A stretch of 64,000 nt of DNA. Origin: the human T2T-CHM13v2.0 reference genome, Homo sapiens. Numbering within the stretch: the first letter of the stretch is position 1; every line of letters starts with the position of its first letter. Both the position numbers and the translations under genes were made by a program. The DNA lies in the NCBI RefSeq assembly GCF_009914755.1, contig NC_060927.1; one strand, written 5' to 3'. The notes under the pieces were generated by a model. The model made no database searches. It saw only the letters and a program-made list of their open reading frames with translations, and had not been told where the DNA came from. Positions 50,864 to 64,000 of the stretch are shown here, piece after piece.

Positions 50864-50935
50864 TTAGGTTGGTGCAAAAGTAATTTGCCATTACTTCTAA
50901 TGGCAAAAGCCACAATTACTTTTGCACCAACCTAA
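50864..50935. mobile_element. MADE1 (Hsmar1 mariner MITE)
   Basis: ttaggttggtgcaaaagtaatt ... aattacttttgcaccaacctaa inverted arms with a TA TSD; about 8 nt deleted from the left arm relative to the 80-bp consensus. Confidence 0.95.
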
Positions 50936-51299
50936 TAATTGGGGAAGCTGTTGGAAGGGTTCAATGTCACTTCCTCTTTTAAATCATGGCCTAGATTCGG
51001 GCACTATTTAGCAAGGGAAGATGCATGCAACAAAAAAAATCACACCAATAATATCTAAAAATCAACAAAATTTTAGAACTCATTAGGAAGATTCATGAAC
51101 AATTTGTGCTACTAAATAAATAATTTCCTTAGAGGATAAAAGAAATGTGTTTTTAATTATTGACATCTGTTGATTTATAATTAATTAATGGGAGGTATAT
51201 CTCAAAGCACTTATCTTTTTATGTTAATATACCCTTCTAGAAAATATAAAACATTAACAAGGTGCAACTTTTATACATTTCCTGAATGTGTGAATAGTT

Positions 51300-51540
51300 C
51301 CAGAAAAAGTCCTAGGATTAACTTTTATTCAATCAGCTTGCATCACATATTCATCCCTGAACCAATCACTCTGCTCTAAGGAGTGGCTATGTTGATTGGT
51401 TGGGCCTGAGTCATTTGACCACTCCAGAGCCAATGGATGAAGTCACTTCAGTAGAACCATAGACTGAGATAATAGCAAAGGCATTTTTTTCCAAAGTATA
51501 TTAGAATAGAAAATGGTTGTTGAGCAAGAGATACACAACA
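51300..51540 (-). mobile_element. Old MaLR LTR fragment (MLT1K-like)
   Basis: catccctgaaccaatcact...tgattggttgggcctgagtca. Confidence 0.55.
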
Positions 51541-52818
51541 TAACTTTGCAAAAAAAAAAAAAAAGCCTTTATTTATGTTGCAAGGAATGGGCATTTATCT
51601 GGCAATAGACCCATGTCATTGGTTTGTGACTACAGATGCCCTTAATGTTTAAAGCTGGAATCCATATATATATATGTATCTGCACATTCACTACAAAATT
51701 CTTATCAATTACTACATAAATACATAAAATTCACAAACTGGAAAGACCTCAAGTTCATTTGTTCCAAATCTCATGTCTTGCAATTAAGAAAGCTAATACA
51801 CAGAGAGTCTGACTCATCAAAGTCACATACATCATGACATGATAGAAATCCAGCTTCCTCCTTGCCTCTGAGTGAGTTAAATGGCATTACTGTGAACTCA
51901 AATGACTGTAATACAATGATGAGAACAGCAAGTGCCATTAGAAGGTACAAATAAAGTCCTCCGAGAATTCAAATATAGTAATCATCTTTGGCAAAGAGGC
52001 AGGCCATGCATTTCATCTAGATAGCTCAAACTTACACCGATGGATGTGCAAACCTATTTTTTATATCATTTTATGTAAATTTTTGAAAACTATATTAAAT
52101 TCTTCCTTGCCTTTTTAAAATAGCAACCACTGAACATAATTTGGTCTTTTTGATAACTACACTATCATTATGAATCACTAGCACTGCATTATTATATGAA
52201 ATACATGCAGTTCTGAATCTGTTTTTTAATTTTCTGCTTCCTCCTTCCTTATCTATGAACTGTTGTTACTTCATAGCTGCCAGTTTGCTTGCTTCTAACA
52301 TTTTCTCTGACTTCCTAATGTGTTACTTTTAATCTACTTTGAGCTGGGAAACCAAGAAACCCACAATTATTATGACCTCTGTTAAATAAAAATAAACAAT
52401 TTCTAAGTGAGAGCATATAAGCCTGTAAGAAGGAAAGTCCATGGCTTTAGTCTGGGGACACAGGAGCTATTTTGAGTACCACACGGCCTTTTCTGCTTAT
52501 TTCTGAGTTTGCATTCCAGGGAACAGAGGGTGCTGGGAGCCTGACCTCTGGTCAAGTAGGACATTACCATATATAAACATGATGGAGATTTACTAACAAG
52601 GGGTTTTACAAAGGATACCAGATTACTGAGATTACTGCCATGCCAGGTCAGTGCGGATGGTGTGGCAACCAGCTCATGCAGAAACACCCTCCAGACACAC
52701 TCTAGGAAAGCTCCTAGAATATTGCTCATGGTTTAAACTTCTTTAGCTGTGGGCCTACAGCTGCTTTATCCCAGTTTCTGTTGGCAAGAACGTAACCCTA
52801 AGTCCTGGTTCCCTAAAG

Positions 52819-52829
52819 TGCTGAGTCAC
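52819..52829 (-). promoter_or_regulatory. Consensus ARE / NF-E2 (CNC-sMaf) motif
   Basis: TGCTGAGTCAC on plus is GTGACTCAGCA on minus, an exact RTGACTCAGCA match. Function untested. Confidence 0.45.
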
Positions 52830-55800
52830 TCTGACAGTTTCTGAGGTTAAAATAAGGCATCCCTTCCCACCAGGAAGATCGTCAAAAATGTCTGCAAACC
52901 CATATCATTGTTGTAAGCTCACAAGTCTTCAGGTCAGACGAAAATTTTCAGCTCATCTTACCCAAAAGTGAGATTGTTGTTTAAACTCAGTATTCCTGGG
53001 CTTCATGAAAGAATGGAATCACAGCAAAAAATATAACACATTTCACTGGCTCTGGACTCTAACAGAAGGTTCAAAACCTTTGGCACCCTATAAAATTCCC
53101 TATCAATTATTTGTGGAGACCTCCAAGAGGTGCCTCAGAAATATGAATACTCCTATGGGGTGCCACAGTCTCTAACAAGCCATGATACTATTCTTCTGTT
53201 TTTCTCCAAGAACTAAACTTGACAACTGACACCCCATTGTTCAAGTAAGTATCATCCCCAGGTACTCAAGTGTTCACAGGATCCCTCAGCTCTGTGATCA
53301 GGGTACTTAGAAATGTGTGCCTGTTCCCACCCCACTCCTGCCCCACTATGGTAGAGACATCTCTAACGCAAAGCTGTGCTATTTGTGTCCCAATGATTTA
53401 CAAAGCTTCCAGGTCAACAGGTCTCTCTTGTAGATGCTCAGATCTATATAGGATTCACCTATGGTTCAGGAGTAAGGATGCCTGAAACAAAAGTTAAAGC
53501 TGAGAGTCAGTTACTGTGTTCTATTTTAAAATAATTTCTTAATCATTTAATATATTGGTTCAGGTATCTTTTATTTTCAGGGTAAGTGCCTTCCAAGTAC
53601 AATCCTAAGACCCTATGCCAAAAGGTTTCTGGTGAACTTGCCCCACTAATTTCTAATATATTCCCCAAAATGTCTCAGAATTCAGTTGTGGTGGTTGGAA
53701 GGGGACAATGTATATGAATTGAAATTCTGACAATCAATAATCTTCCCCCTCTCTTACTCTTCACCACCTAAGGTATCTACATTTTAAATTTAAATTTCAT
53801 TCCTTCCTTTATTTACGTCAATTAAATAACTGATCATTATATTCAAGCAGCTTGACTTTTAAAAGACTTCCTTGATGAACTGATTTATAAAGAGACTAAT
53901 TGCTCTTTAATAATTACTACAGGACTTGTAGGACTCTTCACTCCCTACTTTATTTCATGTGCAACTATTTTATGATTCATTTTCTAAAATGATCAGCCTC
54001 ATGTATATGGTCCCCACTGCATCTTTGAATCCCAAGTAGGCAAAAATAGCTATGCATATGATAAAAGAAAGATTTGTACCCTGGAGAAATGTATAAAAAT
54101 TGTACACTGTAATTGTTTCATGTTTTCTAGAAGAGTACATTCCTATGAAAAAGATAAGTTCATTCGGATATAGTCCCCATTAATTTTCATGTTTTTCAAG
54201 CAGATACCATCATTTTCCCTGTTCCGGCATCCTTCCAGGAAGCTGCAAGGACTAGGTTAATAAAATAGCTGTGTCAAATGGTTAGCTACCAGGATATCTC
54301 AGGGACTGAAATTCCTTTATAACAAAGTTGGAAATACATTGCAGATACCCTCAGAATTTTGGCAACAGGACAGTCAAATAACAGAGGGTTTGGGGGAATA
54401 TGGAAAAGGATATCTTCTCAGCCTGGATATGTAGCAAAGCCACACAGGTCTGACAGAGAACATAGAGCCCAATCCATTTGCTATTGAGTCCCTTGACACC
54501 CTTCCATTTTGGAGAAGAAGTTGAGGGCCTGGAATAACTGAGCAAAGGCTGCACATACACTTGCATGGCATCCCAAGTGTAGCCTCATGTACACATACAT
54601 GCTCACACTCATAGCATTTTACCATAATATTACCATTATATGCTTTCACGCATATGAATCTAAATGAGCGTGTTTCACTTGAAAAGACAGAGACATTGGC
54701 CTTCTCCCTCTGTTTCTTTTCTTCCTCTACCTTCCCTTCCACATGCTCTTTTGACTCACTCTTCCTCTTCCTTCCCTACTTTTCCCTTCCCTGTCCCTTG
54801 CTTTCCCTTCAGGCATGCCTCCCATTTCCCCTTCTTCCACATTCCCTTATCACCGTCTCCCTCTTTAGCTTCTTAGGGGCCTGTAAAGGCAACATCCTGA
54901 ATATGTGGAAACAGTCTCTGGGCATCTTACATTCATTCTATGGCTAATAAAAATTTATCTTGAAACTTAGGATGGTGTTGGAATAGCAGTATTATCACCT
55001 TGAGTCAAAGGTAGAACATGGAGAAGAAATTAAGTGTCCTGGCTCCCCCAGGGCCTCCCAGTCTCCCCCAGACACCAGCTCACCTGCCTCCCTTAAGCTG
55101 TGCATCTCAAGCTTTCCCCAACCCAAAGGTAATTGCCTTCCCTGTGGACAGCATGGAGCCTCGGGAAGTGTTGCATTTTACAGTCCAAGTTATACCTGGT
55201 TCCGGAGCCAGGCTATGATTTCACACATTTCCATTATTGCTTTATCCCTGAGTCAACACAACATCTTTTTCATCACCTCTTGCTGTTTTAATCAGCATTT
55301 CAAGGAAGAGAGAGATGTATAGAGGGCTCCATTTGGAGAAAAGGTAATTTAGCTCAGTGTTGCCTGGGGTCAGGTGAGCCTAAAATGTTCATTTATCACC
55401 CGCATAAACTACTGAGATTATTCCACTGAAATATCTATCTGAATGTTTGAAAAATCTGTTAAGAATGAATCCTTGAACATCTGAACTCTGCGCCACTTCT
55501 CACATACACAAAAGGAATGCAAGATTTTTTTCTAAAGAATGCCGTTTTTGTTTCAGTTTTTTAGTCATTGTACTGCATGTTCTTTTACAGATCATTCTTA
55601 TTTCTCTTCTGAGAATAGGAAAATGGGAGACACTTTAAGGGATTTTTTTCAATTAAAATGAGTTGGAGAAACTAAGAAATGTAACACTTCATTAGCAAGC
55701 ATTTAATTCCCTAGCTTTTTATTTTTAAGGAAATTAAAAAACCGTATGCTCTCTGGTACCATTTGTGTTTTTCAACTGCAGTATACATTATAACATAGAA

Positions 55801-56881
55801 CAGGGAATTTTTTGATAAATATGAGGTATTAACAAAAGACTCCAACCAGAATTACTAACTGTGATTTCTGTCATTTAATGCCAATGAGTGTAAGTTGTTG
55901 TTTTTGCTTGAGGAAGCAAAAAGAATGATTAAAAAGCATATATTAGAAACTGCACACACTATGGATGTAATGCTTTAGTGTGCTGGCTTGAAATGGTGGA
56001 TAACAACTATTCTTCTGTGGTACTTCTAGTAAATAAAAATTTACAATAATGTTTATAATAATGCCCTCTATATTATGAAAGTTTACCCATTCATGAAACA
56101 TTTTGCTTTAAAATGGCATTTTAAAGATTATAATGTGATGCAGTAAATTCTAATGCATTCAAAATGGCAGGAGATAATTTTTTGATTAGTTGAGTGATTT
56201 CATACCTATTATATACATACTAGAAAATTTTATACAATTCAATTCCAGTCAAAATACATTTTACTCTATGAAACAACATTTAATCCTTTTATGATGATGC
56301 TTCAAAATTCATTTGAAGGTCTGGTAGTATGTGGGTTATTGCTACACACAGCCATTCCCATTGTACAATATATGTGTTTACATTCTACCTACTGGGCATT
56401 AACGAAGTATGAACTGTTTGAATTTTGCATTAAGGAAAATTTAACACGAATTCAAATTCAACACAACTGAAAAAGCTGTCTTCGGCCTTTCAGACATCAA
56501 ACCATTGTTGCAACATAAGGCATGTAAGAAACATCTCCACAAGAAGAACAAAAGCTAAATGTCAAAGACTAATATATTATCCTGGAACTAAATTAATATT
56601 GCCACATTCTCTTCTAAAGAGAACAATACAATCCCTATCCTTTTTTTTTTTTTTTTTTTTTGCTTCCTTTTCTTTCTTCTGGTCCTCAGAAGAGGACCAA
56701 AATTCTAGTATATTCTGTCTGCATTTTAATCTTTGAATGTGGCATGTCAACTTTATATATGGTATGATATTCACACATATATGCACATAAAATCACTGTA
56801 TGTGAACCAGCAAAACTCCTAAACAAAGTAAGCCACTTACACCTGATTTCAAAGCCTTCCTAATCTGGTTCATTGAGACCT

Positions 56882-57086
56882 CTTTCTTTCCTTTTTTTTT
56901 TTTTTTTTGTTCTTGAGACGGAGTCTCGCTCTGTCACCCAGGCTGGAGTGCAGTGGTGCGATCTCTGCTCACTGCAAGCAAGCCCCGCCTCCCAGGTCCC
57001 AGGTTCATGCCATTCTCCTGCCTCAGCCTCCCGAGTAGCTGGGATTACAGGCGCCTGGCACCACGCCCGGCTAATTTTTTGTATTT
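56882..57086 (-). mobile_element. AluY-like right arm, 5'-truncated at the linker
   Basis: gagacggagtctcgctc...ttcatgccattctcctgcc; small internal duplications gcaagcaagc and cccaggtcccaggt. Confidence 0.9.
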
Positions 57087-60000
57087 CAAGTGAGGCTTTC
57101 AAAATTACTTTTAATTAAAAAAAAAAAAAAAAACAGAGCTCCTTTCCAGGTCTCATTAGTCACAGTTCAACTTTTTGTTTTCTTGTTTTCCTCTTTTCCT
57201 TCTTTCTTTCCTTCTTTTCTTTAATTGCCAGGAGAATTTCTACTTTCTATTGACTCAGTCAAAGTCCAGGACCACTGCTAAAGGTTTTAAAATACACATC
57301 TAAAAACAGTCACAGGTACCTTATTCAATGTTTCCTGCCTTTATTTCCTTTAAATAAAATAGTTTCCATTTTACAAGTCTAAGCAAATATAATGAGCAAT
57401 TTGTAAGAAAGGGGTGACAATTTAGAAGCAAAGTATATGCATTTTACATGCTGACTACAAAAAAAGATGGAAATTTAGTCAGAGCTCTTTATCTGCCACT
57501 TACTATTCTTAGAATAATGGCTGATAATGATAGAAATCACACTGCCTAACGGCACTATTAACATCTTCCATGTTAGCTCACACTCTATATATGAGGTCTT
57601 TTTGTAAATTTGTTAAGTTCTATATGGGTTTTCTATGCAAAAAGAAAGAAAGAAAGAAAAGAAAAAAACAACACGACAATTTGGGGGTTAAATTTATGAG
57701 CCACAAACATTCACCAGCTTGCAAATTGCCCTTCATCTTTAGTCTTCTTTTGTTAAAACTAGAAGATCTTGACTTAGTATTCAATTTTTTTACCTAATCT
57801 ATGAAATTTCTTATGAACCTAGAAAGTCATTAAGCAGTACAATAATCATCAGATGTATTTATCTTTCTAAGCCAATGTGAGGACAAGAAACAGGATGACA
57901 GTGATACATATGTCCTTTTAGAGGCGCAATTTCGTAGACTCTGGGTATTAGTCATTCAGCATTGATGTGAATACATGTGCATTTTTATTAAAGATACAAG
58001 ATATCATGAACAAAATGTCTTAAGTGAAAAGTGGGTTTTTTTTTTGGTTGGGGGTAATTTTTGGAAGGACACAATTTATAGAAAGAACACCAATTGAAAA
58101 ATTGAATCTACAATTAGTTACATAGCTGTTTTCCCTGACGAATATTTGTACCATTTATTTTGGCCAGTTTCTGATTTTTTTATGATGAATCATGGGCCTT
58201 TGCAGAAAAAAAAATGCTGAGGTCTCTTGGCCAAGATGATTACAGCTGGAAAGAATGGATTCATTTCTTGAAGATGAAGAAGTTAAAACACAGTTGTCAT
58301 AACTTGAATTTCAAAAAGGATCTGCTGCCTAAGAGATATGGCATTTTTTGTTTGCTGCAGTTAAATGGTAAACACAAATAATTTGTAGTAGTGGTTCTCA
58401 ATTTATTGTTTATAAACCATTCTTAATTTAAATCAACAGAATAAGTTCCAACAATGCATTCGTAACTGAGTTCTTGGGAGCTCAGACATATTTTACTGTA
58501 GACAAAATGTTATGAAGGTTGTTGAGGCAGCTAAACAAGACCACAAAACTGATTTCATATTGTCCATCATTTTGACATATGTTTATCAAGCACCAATCAG
58601 GCACAATCTAATAAACAGGATGTTAATATAATCGATAAGGCCCCTCACCGCAAGAAGCATAGAATTTATAACAAGAATATCCAGGCTTTTCAACAGTCAT
58701 CTATATGAATGACCAAACAAAAAACAAAAGTTCTGGGAAGATAATTCAAACTGAAGAAAAAGAAAGTCTCTAAACATGTACAATTAAGTATATTGATTAT
58801 TTGTAATAATCTTCTGTCATTATAAAAATTGATCTAAGCTTGTTTGCATGACACCCACATAGTAGTGAAACAAGTAGAGCTGCAGGCAGATATTTAGGTG
58901 CTGTGGGTTTTCCAAGGTTTGTGTTGTCTTAGTTATTGGAGCACGTATATTTCAAAGAAGCTGAAATGTCAGCCTGCCAGGCTGCCCCTGGCCTGCAGAG
59001 GAATCAGGGAACAGTGGGAGAAGAAGGGTTTTAGTTAAAGCTACCCATTCCTGACAATATTGGGGTTGCAAGGTAGTTGTGTTTTATGCAATGGATTCAT
59101 GAATTCCTGAAAGTGTCCCTCATAATTCAAATTGGCATTATTCAAGATTAATTTTCCTAATGGAATAAGTGAAAACTATAGGGAATGCATCTGGCCTGCA
59201 TAAATCTACATAAATACACAATATTTAGAGTGTATTTTTGCTTAATGTTGCTTTGTTTTCTCAACATTGCCTCTGATATTTTACGGAGTGCTGTCTCCTA
59301 AATTGTCACAGCAGTAGTCTGGCCTTCTATGTAGTGTTTTATGACATCTAACTTTGGTTCCAAAGTTATTGACTTTCAGGTGAATTGTCTAGCACTAGTT
59401 CTAGCTTCACCACTTAGTGCATGCTCATGATATTGCTAGAGGATATTTTTTAAAATTTCAAAGTATGGTAATTATGAAGCTAAAAGAACAGTAAGATACT
59501 GACTAGACCCCTCCCCCTAAGCAGTGCCCATCTATGTGAGACTCTGATTCGCAGCCATTTTTGTTTACCAGCTATAGGAACAGAAATAGTATAGTTTGCA
59601 ATTCGCTGGGCCTGCAAGCAATGAAATTGTACACGTCCGGATTCTGTTGTTTTTTGGTTTGGGTTTTAATTTGGAGCATAGGAAAAAAAACTACTGATCT
59701 CTATTTCCAGCATAAATACAGACCATGAAAGCAGGGCTTCAGGTGCCTTTTGGTTGTAAGAAAGAGGTGGCAGAAAAGTTTCTACAGGGATGTCACTTGA
59801 TTTCCAATTTGACATGGCAGTAAGATTTCATTAATTTTTTTAAGTCAGAACATTTTAAATTGTATCATAATTCAAATTCCAGGAGTCCTCACAGAGCAAG
59901 TACCCTATTCTAATCCCCATGGTATGGCCTGAGAAATGTGGGTTACACATTTGACTTCCTATGGGGAAAGGGTTGGTCAGAAGAAGAAAAATGTTTGGGC

Positions 60001-61844
60001 TCTGAAGTCTGATGCGGTTTCAGCAAATGCTCTCACCCAGGCCTCTGCCCAGTGGGCTAAAGCTGAGGCTGACTTACTACTGCAAGTCCAACGTGCCCAG
60101 AAACTTGGATCATATAAGGAAGTTAATGGGAACATCAGTCAACTGGATGATAAACATATACATTCAGCACCACCAGGTATAGTCTTTAAGAAGAAAGGTT
60201 TAAGAATCTCTTTACATAGGACCAGTTTAGCTTTCTTTGGAGAAAGTGCAATGTTCAAATTAGTATAATAAAAACATTGAATAAAGAGTATTTATAAAAA
60301 TTATGAAAGTTTTGCAAAGGTGATTTCTAAAAAGAGGTATCCCTAGCAAGTACAGATTTATGACCTAAACTTTTTCTTTGTGTCTTGATTGTGACTGGTG
60401 CTCTTTTTTTATCTCTGTTTCTATTTTCAATAAGTCTTAAATGCTTACCATTATGATACTGCACTCTTTTTCTAAGCTTTATCTTCTATCTACTTGTGAA
60501 GTGGACAAACACACATTTCTTGACTTTGTATATGTAATCCCAGTGACATTTGTTAAAATGTTGTTCATAATTCCCTCTACTTAAACTTGATGCTTTTATT
60601 AACGTCTCTTGGAATTCTTCAGGGGCCTTATTGCTACGAAAACCTATGCAGAAACTTTGATGTGCCACTGTACCAAGACCCAGAGATTTTTTCTTGTTAA
60701 ATGTTTTGCAGCATGTGGCTACAGACAGAGCATTCCTTTTGAATTTAGTTTCTAGGATCATTACCTAACATCTCTATTTATAGTGAATTGCATATACAAC
60801 TTATTTACATATGCGCTTTCTGGTCAGCCAGTTCCCTCAGTTTTATTGCGTCCTTTATGCCTAGCATGCCCCACCACCATTTTATAATATGCAATTTGTA
60901 CGTTTTATCACATCAATTCATGTTTCATTTTACAAGCAACTGCTCTATTTATATATTTTAATAATCTTTAATGCTTCTTGTGAGGTTCTACAAGAAGCTT
61001 TGATAAAGCACAAATTTAAATTTTAGCTGAATTTTTTTATCTCTTCAATATTTTCTATTTTGGCAAAAAAAATACAAAAATGTCTTCTGAAATGTGTTAT
61101 CTTTGGGGCCTGTGACTCTTTTAACCCCTTTTAATGATGAGAGCATTTTTGGTAAATAACTCTCTTGGATTTTTGTCCAAGACACAGTGCTTTATATAGA
61201 ATTTGCCACTGGCAAAAAGAATAACCATTGTATTTGGAACATGGCATTTATTATCTAAGTATGTTGGGAATCCCAAGAAAATAAATTCCATAATCATTTG
61301 TAACATTTTTGTGTAAAATTTTCTTACAAGATTATTGGTATTCAATTTTTCTTCTGTATTTTAAAATAGTTATAAATTATGTTTTGCCATTTTCCTGGTT
61401 TCAATCAAGTATAATTCCATAATGATATTGATTTCTGAGACTTACCATCCTGACATTCTAAACCAGGCCACAAAAACAAAATTACAGATTTTCCCATTTC
61501 TAATTTTCATTGTTCTTTTGTCCTCATTTTATTTCATGATTACATTCCTATGTTCTATAATTAAAAGGTAACACTGGGAGATCCTCATTAGACTGTGGAC
61601 TCCTAGAGGGAAGAGACTCTTGTCTTATTTGTCTTTGTAACTCTGGTATGCTTTTGGAAAATAGTCCTGCTACTAATATATAACATATTTGTCAAATTGG
61701 CTTTCGAATGCATTAATATTTTTCTGCAACAGTTTTAGTGCATTTCTAATTTTCTGTCAAATTCATTGCTACCTGCAGGTTCTTCTAATTCTGATCTCCT
61801 GTCACATTCTCCATTGTAAAAATCAAATATATTTTGCTATTTTA

Positions 61845-62720
61845 ATTAAACTTTATTATGTGATATATGCTTAAAGTGGAAAAATTAGAAAATACAAAAT
61901 CAAAATGTCCCTGAAATCCTCACCCAGAGCTAGTCATGATTAATATTTTAGTGAATATAACGCAAGTCTCTTCCTTTTGGGTACAAATACAACAATATAT
62001 GTTAGCATTATTTTCAAAAATTGGGAGCATATTACGTATTCCATTTTGAAACATCAACAAACACACAACTATAGCATCACTTTTAGTAATGGCATTTTGT
62101 TCCACTATAACTATTCATATGATTTATTTTTTTTTAATGTTGTATACTGGCAGCCCATGTCTCAGAGCCCACAAATGCATCTGGTTTTTCCTACACATAA
62201 TTTTAAAACTTGACAAATTACCTTACAAAAAATGGGCTTGCAGTATCTTTCGATGAATCAAAAACTCTAGCAACATCTCCAGGTAGCAATCACCTGCTAG
62301 ACCTGCCTGCACAGTTTGCCTCACCTCCTACTTGCCACCATCTCTTTTGTCCCACACGCAGCCTACTTAACTAATTTCGATTACCTTTCATTTGATTCAT
62401 TACCTTTGGTTAAATAATTCCCTGTTTTGGAGAATTTTTCACTATTACAAAAGCCTTATGATGAATAGCCATTTGTATACATTTATCTTTGCATGTTCTT
62501 CTGATTTGTTTTTCTCCTTACAATAAGTTCTTAGGAGTGTCATTGGAGGTTCAAACAGTATTTTAAGTCTTTTGATTCATATCATAAGATTTCTATCCAA
62601 ATGCGTTAATATTTGTATGCTCCTCCCATCAGAGCCTGTGAGCATTTATTGGCACCTGCTAGCCCTCCTCCCTCTTGTCCTTGTGAGCTGTGCTAATTCA
62701 ACTTATGTTTTATTGATCTA
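61845..62720 (-). mobile_element. Very old L1ME-like 3' fragments
   Basis: aaagtggaaaaattagaaaataca...cacccagagctagtcatgattaatattttagtg and cactattacaaaagccttatgatgaatagcc. Confidence 0.45.
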
Positions 62721-63300
62721 GAAAAAATGTTTTAAGTGATAATACTCATTGTTGGCAAGTGTGTAGCAGAGACAGAATATACTACGCTTGCATAAGTCAG
62801 TACTTCTCTGGCAGATTGCGTGCATTATACATATTTACATGCCTCACCTCCATTAGATTATATTTTCCAAAACATTGTTAGGGGTAGAATTTTCAGCCCA
62901 TTCATTTTTTATTAATAATAACACAAAACTATGCCACAAATTTTGTGCCTGCACTTCTGTTTCATTAATCTTTTCATATAACTGAGAAAAGTTAATGAAA
63001 AAGGATAAGCTGAGCATATTTTACCATTTTAATCCCTTAACTTAAATCATATTGTGAAGGAAAATGTCACCAAAAACCTCTTCAACTGTTTATCTAAAAA
63101 TCCAGTTTACACATTTTTGTCCTTTGAGGGAATAATTACTAATTCTGCGGGTCGCGCTGATGTCTACATATCCTAAGCTATTGAAATAGCCTGGCAATAG
63201 GAGAGAAGCTAGTGAAGGAAAAGGGTTGTAACCATTAGATTCTGACGTCTTAATATAATTTATGGGAAGCCCATAATTAAGCCCAATTCTGAATTGTCGC

Positions 63301-64000
63301 TTCTTTTTTTTGTCAAATTTTATTGTAGATTTGGGGGTACATGTGCACATTTGCTACGTGGGTAAATTGCACGTTGCAAAGATTTGGTGTGCAAATTATT
63401 TCATCATCCACCTACTGGGCATAGTACCCAGTAATAGATAGTTTTTCAACCCTCAACCTCCTACCACCCTCCCCTGTCAAAGAGGCCCCGGTGTCCACTG
63501 TTGCCATGTATACGTAATGTTAAGCTCCCACTTATAAGTGAGAACATGTGGTATTTGGTTTTCTGTTTCTACATTAATTCCCTTGAGTTAATGGTCTCCA
63601 GCTGCATCCACGTTGCTGCAAAGAACATAATGTCATCCTTTTTATGGCTGCATAGTATTCCATTGTGTATACGTACCATATTTTCTTTATCCAGTCTGCT
63701 GTTGATGGGCACCTATATTGATTCCATGTCTTTGTTATTATGAATAGGGGTGTGATAAACATGCAAATGCATGTGACTTTCTGGTAGAATAATTTGTTTT
63801 CTTTTTAATATTTACCCAGTAATGAGTTTGCTGGGACAAATGGTAGTTCTGTTTTTCCTTTGAGAAATTTCCAAACTGCTTTCCACAGTGGCTGAACTAA
63901 TTTACACCCTCACTAACAGCGTATAAGGAGTCCCTTTTTTCTGGAACCTCGCCAGCATCTGTTGTTTTTTGAATTTTTAATAATAACAGTTCTGACTGGT
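63301..64000 (-). mobile_element. L1PA15-17-like 3' end running off the window
   Basis: tagatttgggggtacatgtgca...agctcccacttataagtgagaacatg; peptide WIKKIWYVYTMEYYAAIK. Confidence 0.92.

Noticed and set aside
59936-60268. 110-aa ORF in unique DNA
   Set aside because: Non-ATG start, no recognisable domain and no convincing splice-site pair; the length is compatible with chance.

Overview
This is primate (human-like) genomic DNA: AT-rich, CpG-depleted and intergenic or intronic. The assignment rests on AluS/AluY, L1PA/L1PB, an ERV9-type LTR12 and MADE1. I found no credible protein-coding exon, CpG island, CRISPR array or prokaryotic system. The listed ORFs I could assign are decayed L1/ERVL frames or Alu read-throughs, and the rest look like chance frames. 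Roughly half the window is transposon-derived, including a four-level nest (old L1 > MLT2 > full-length L1MA2/3 > Alu) at 37.6-48.1 kb. The best second-look items are: a tRNA-His(GTG) pseudogene with apparent leader/trailer inside direct repeats; a 180-bp local templated duplication next to a MER2; a target site present three times around an L1MB+L1PB1+Alu block (possible 3' transduction); an Alu insertion with a target deletion; a solo LTR12 promoter with TATAAA; a palindromic AT-rich repeat; and a repeat-poor 51-57 kb region with seven AP-1 sites including a perfect ARE. I cannot support a genuinely new biological system. Repeat subfamily names come from recalled consensus motifs, not a database search, and boundaries without a TSD are approximate.
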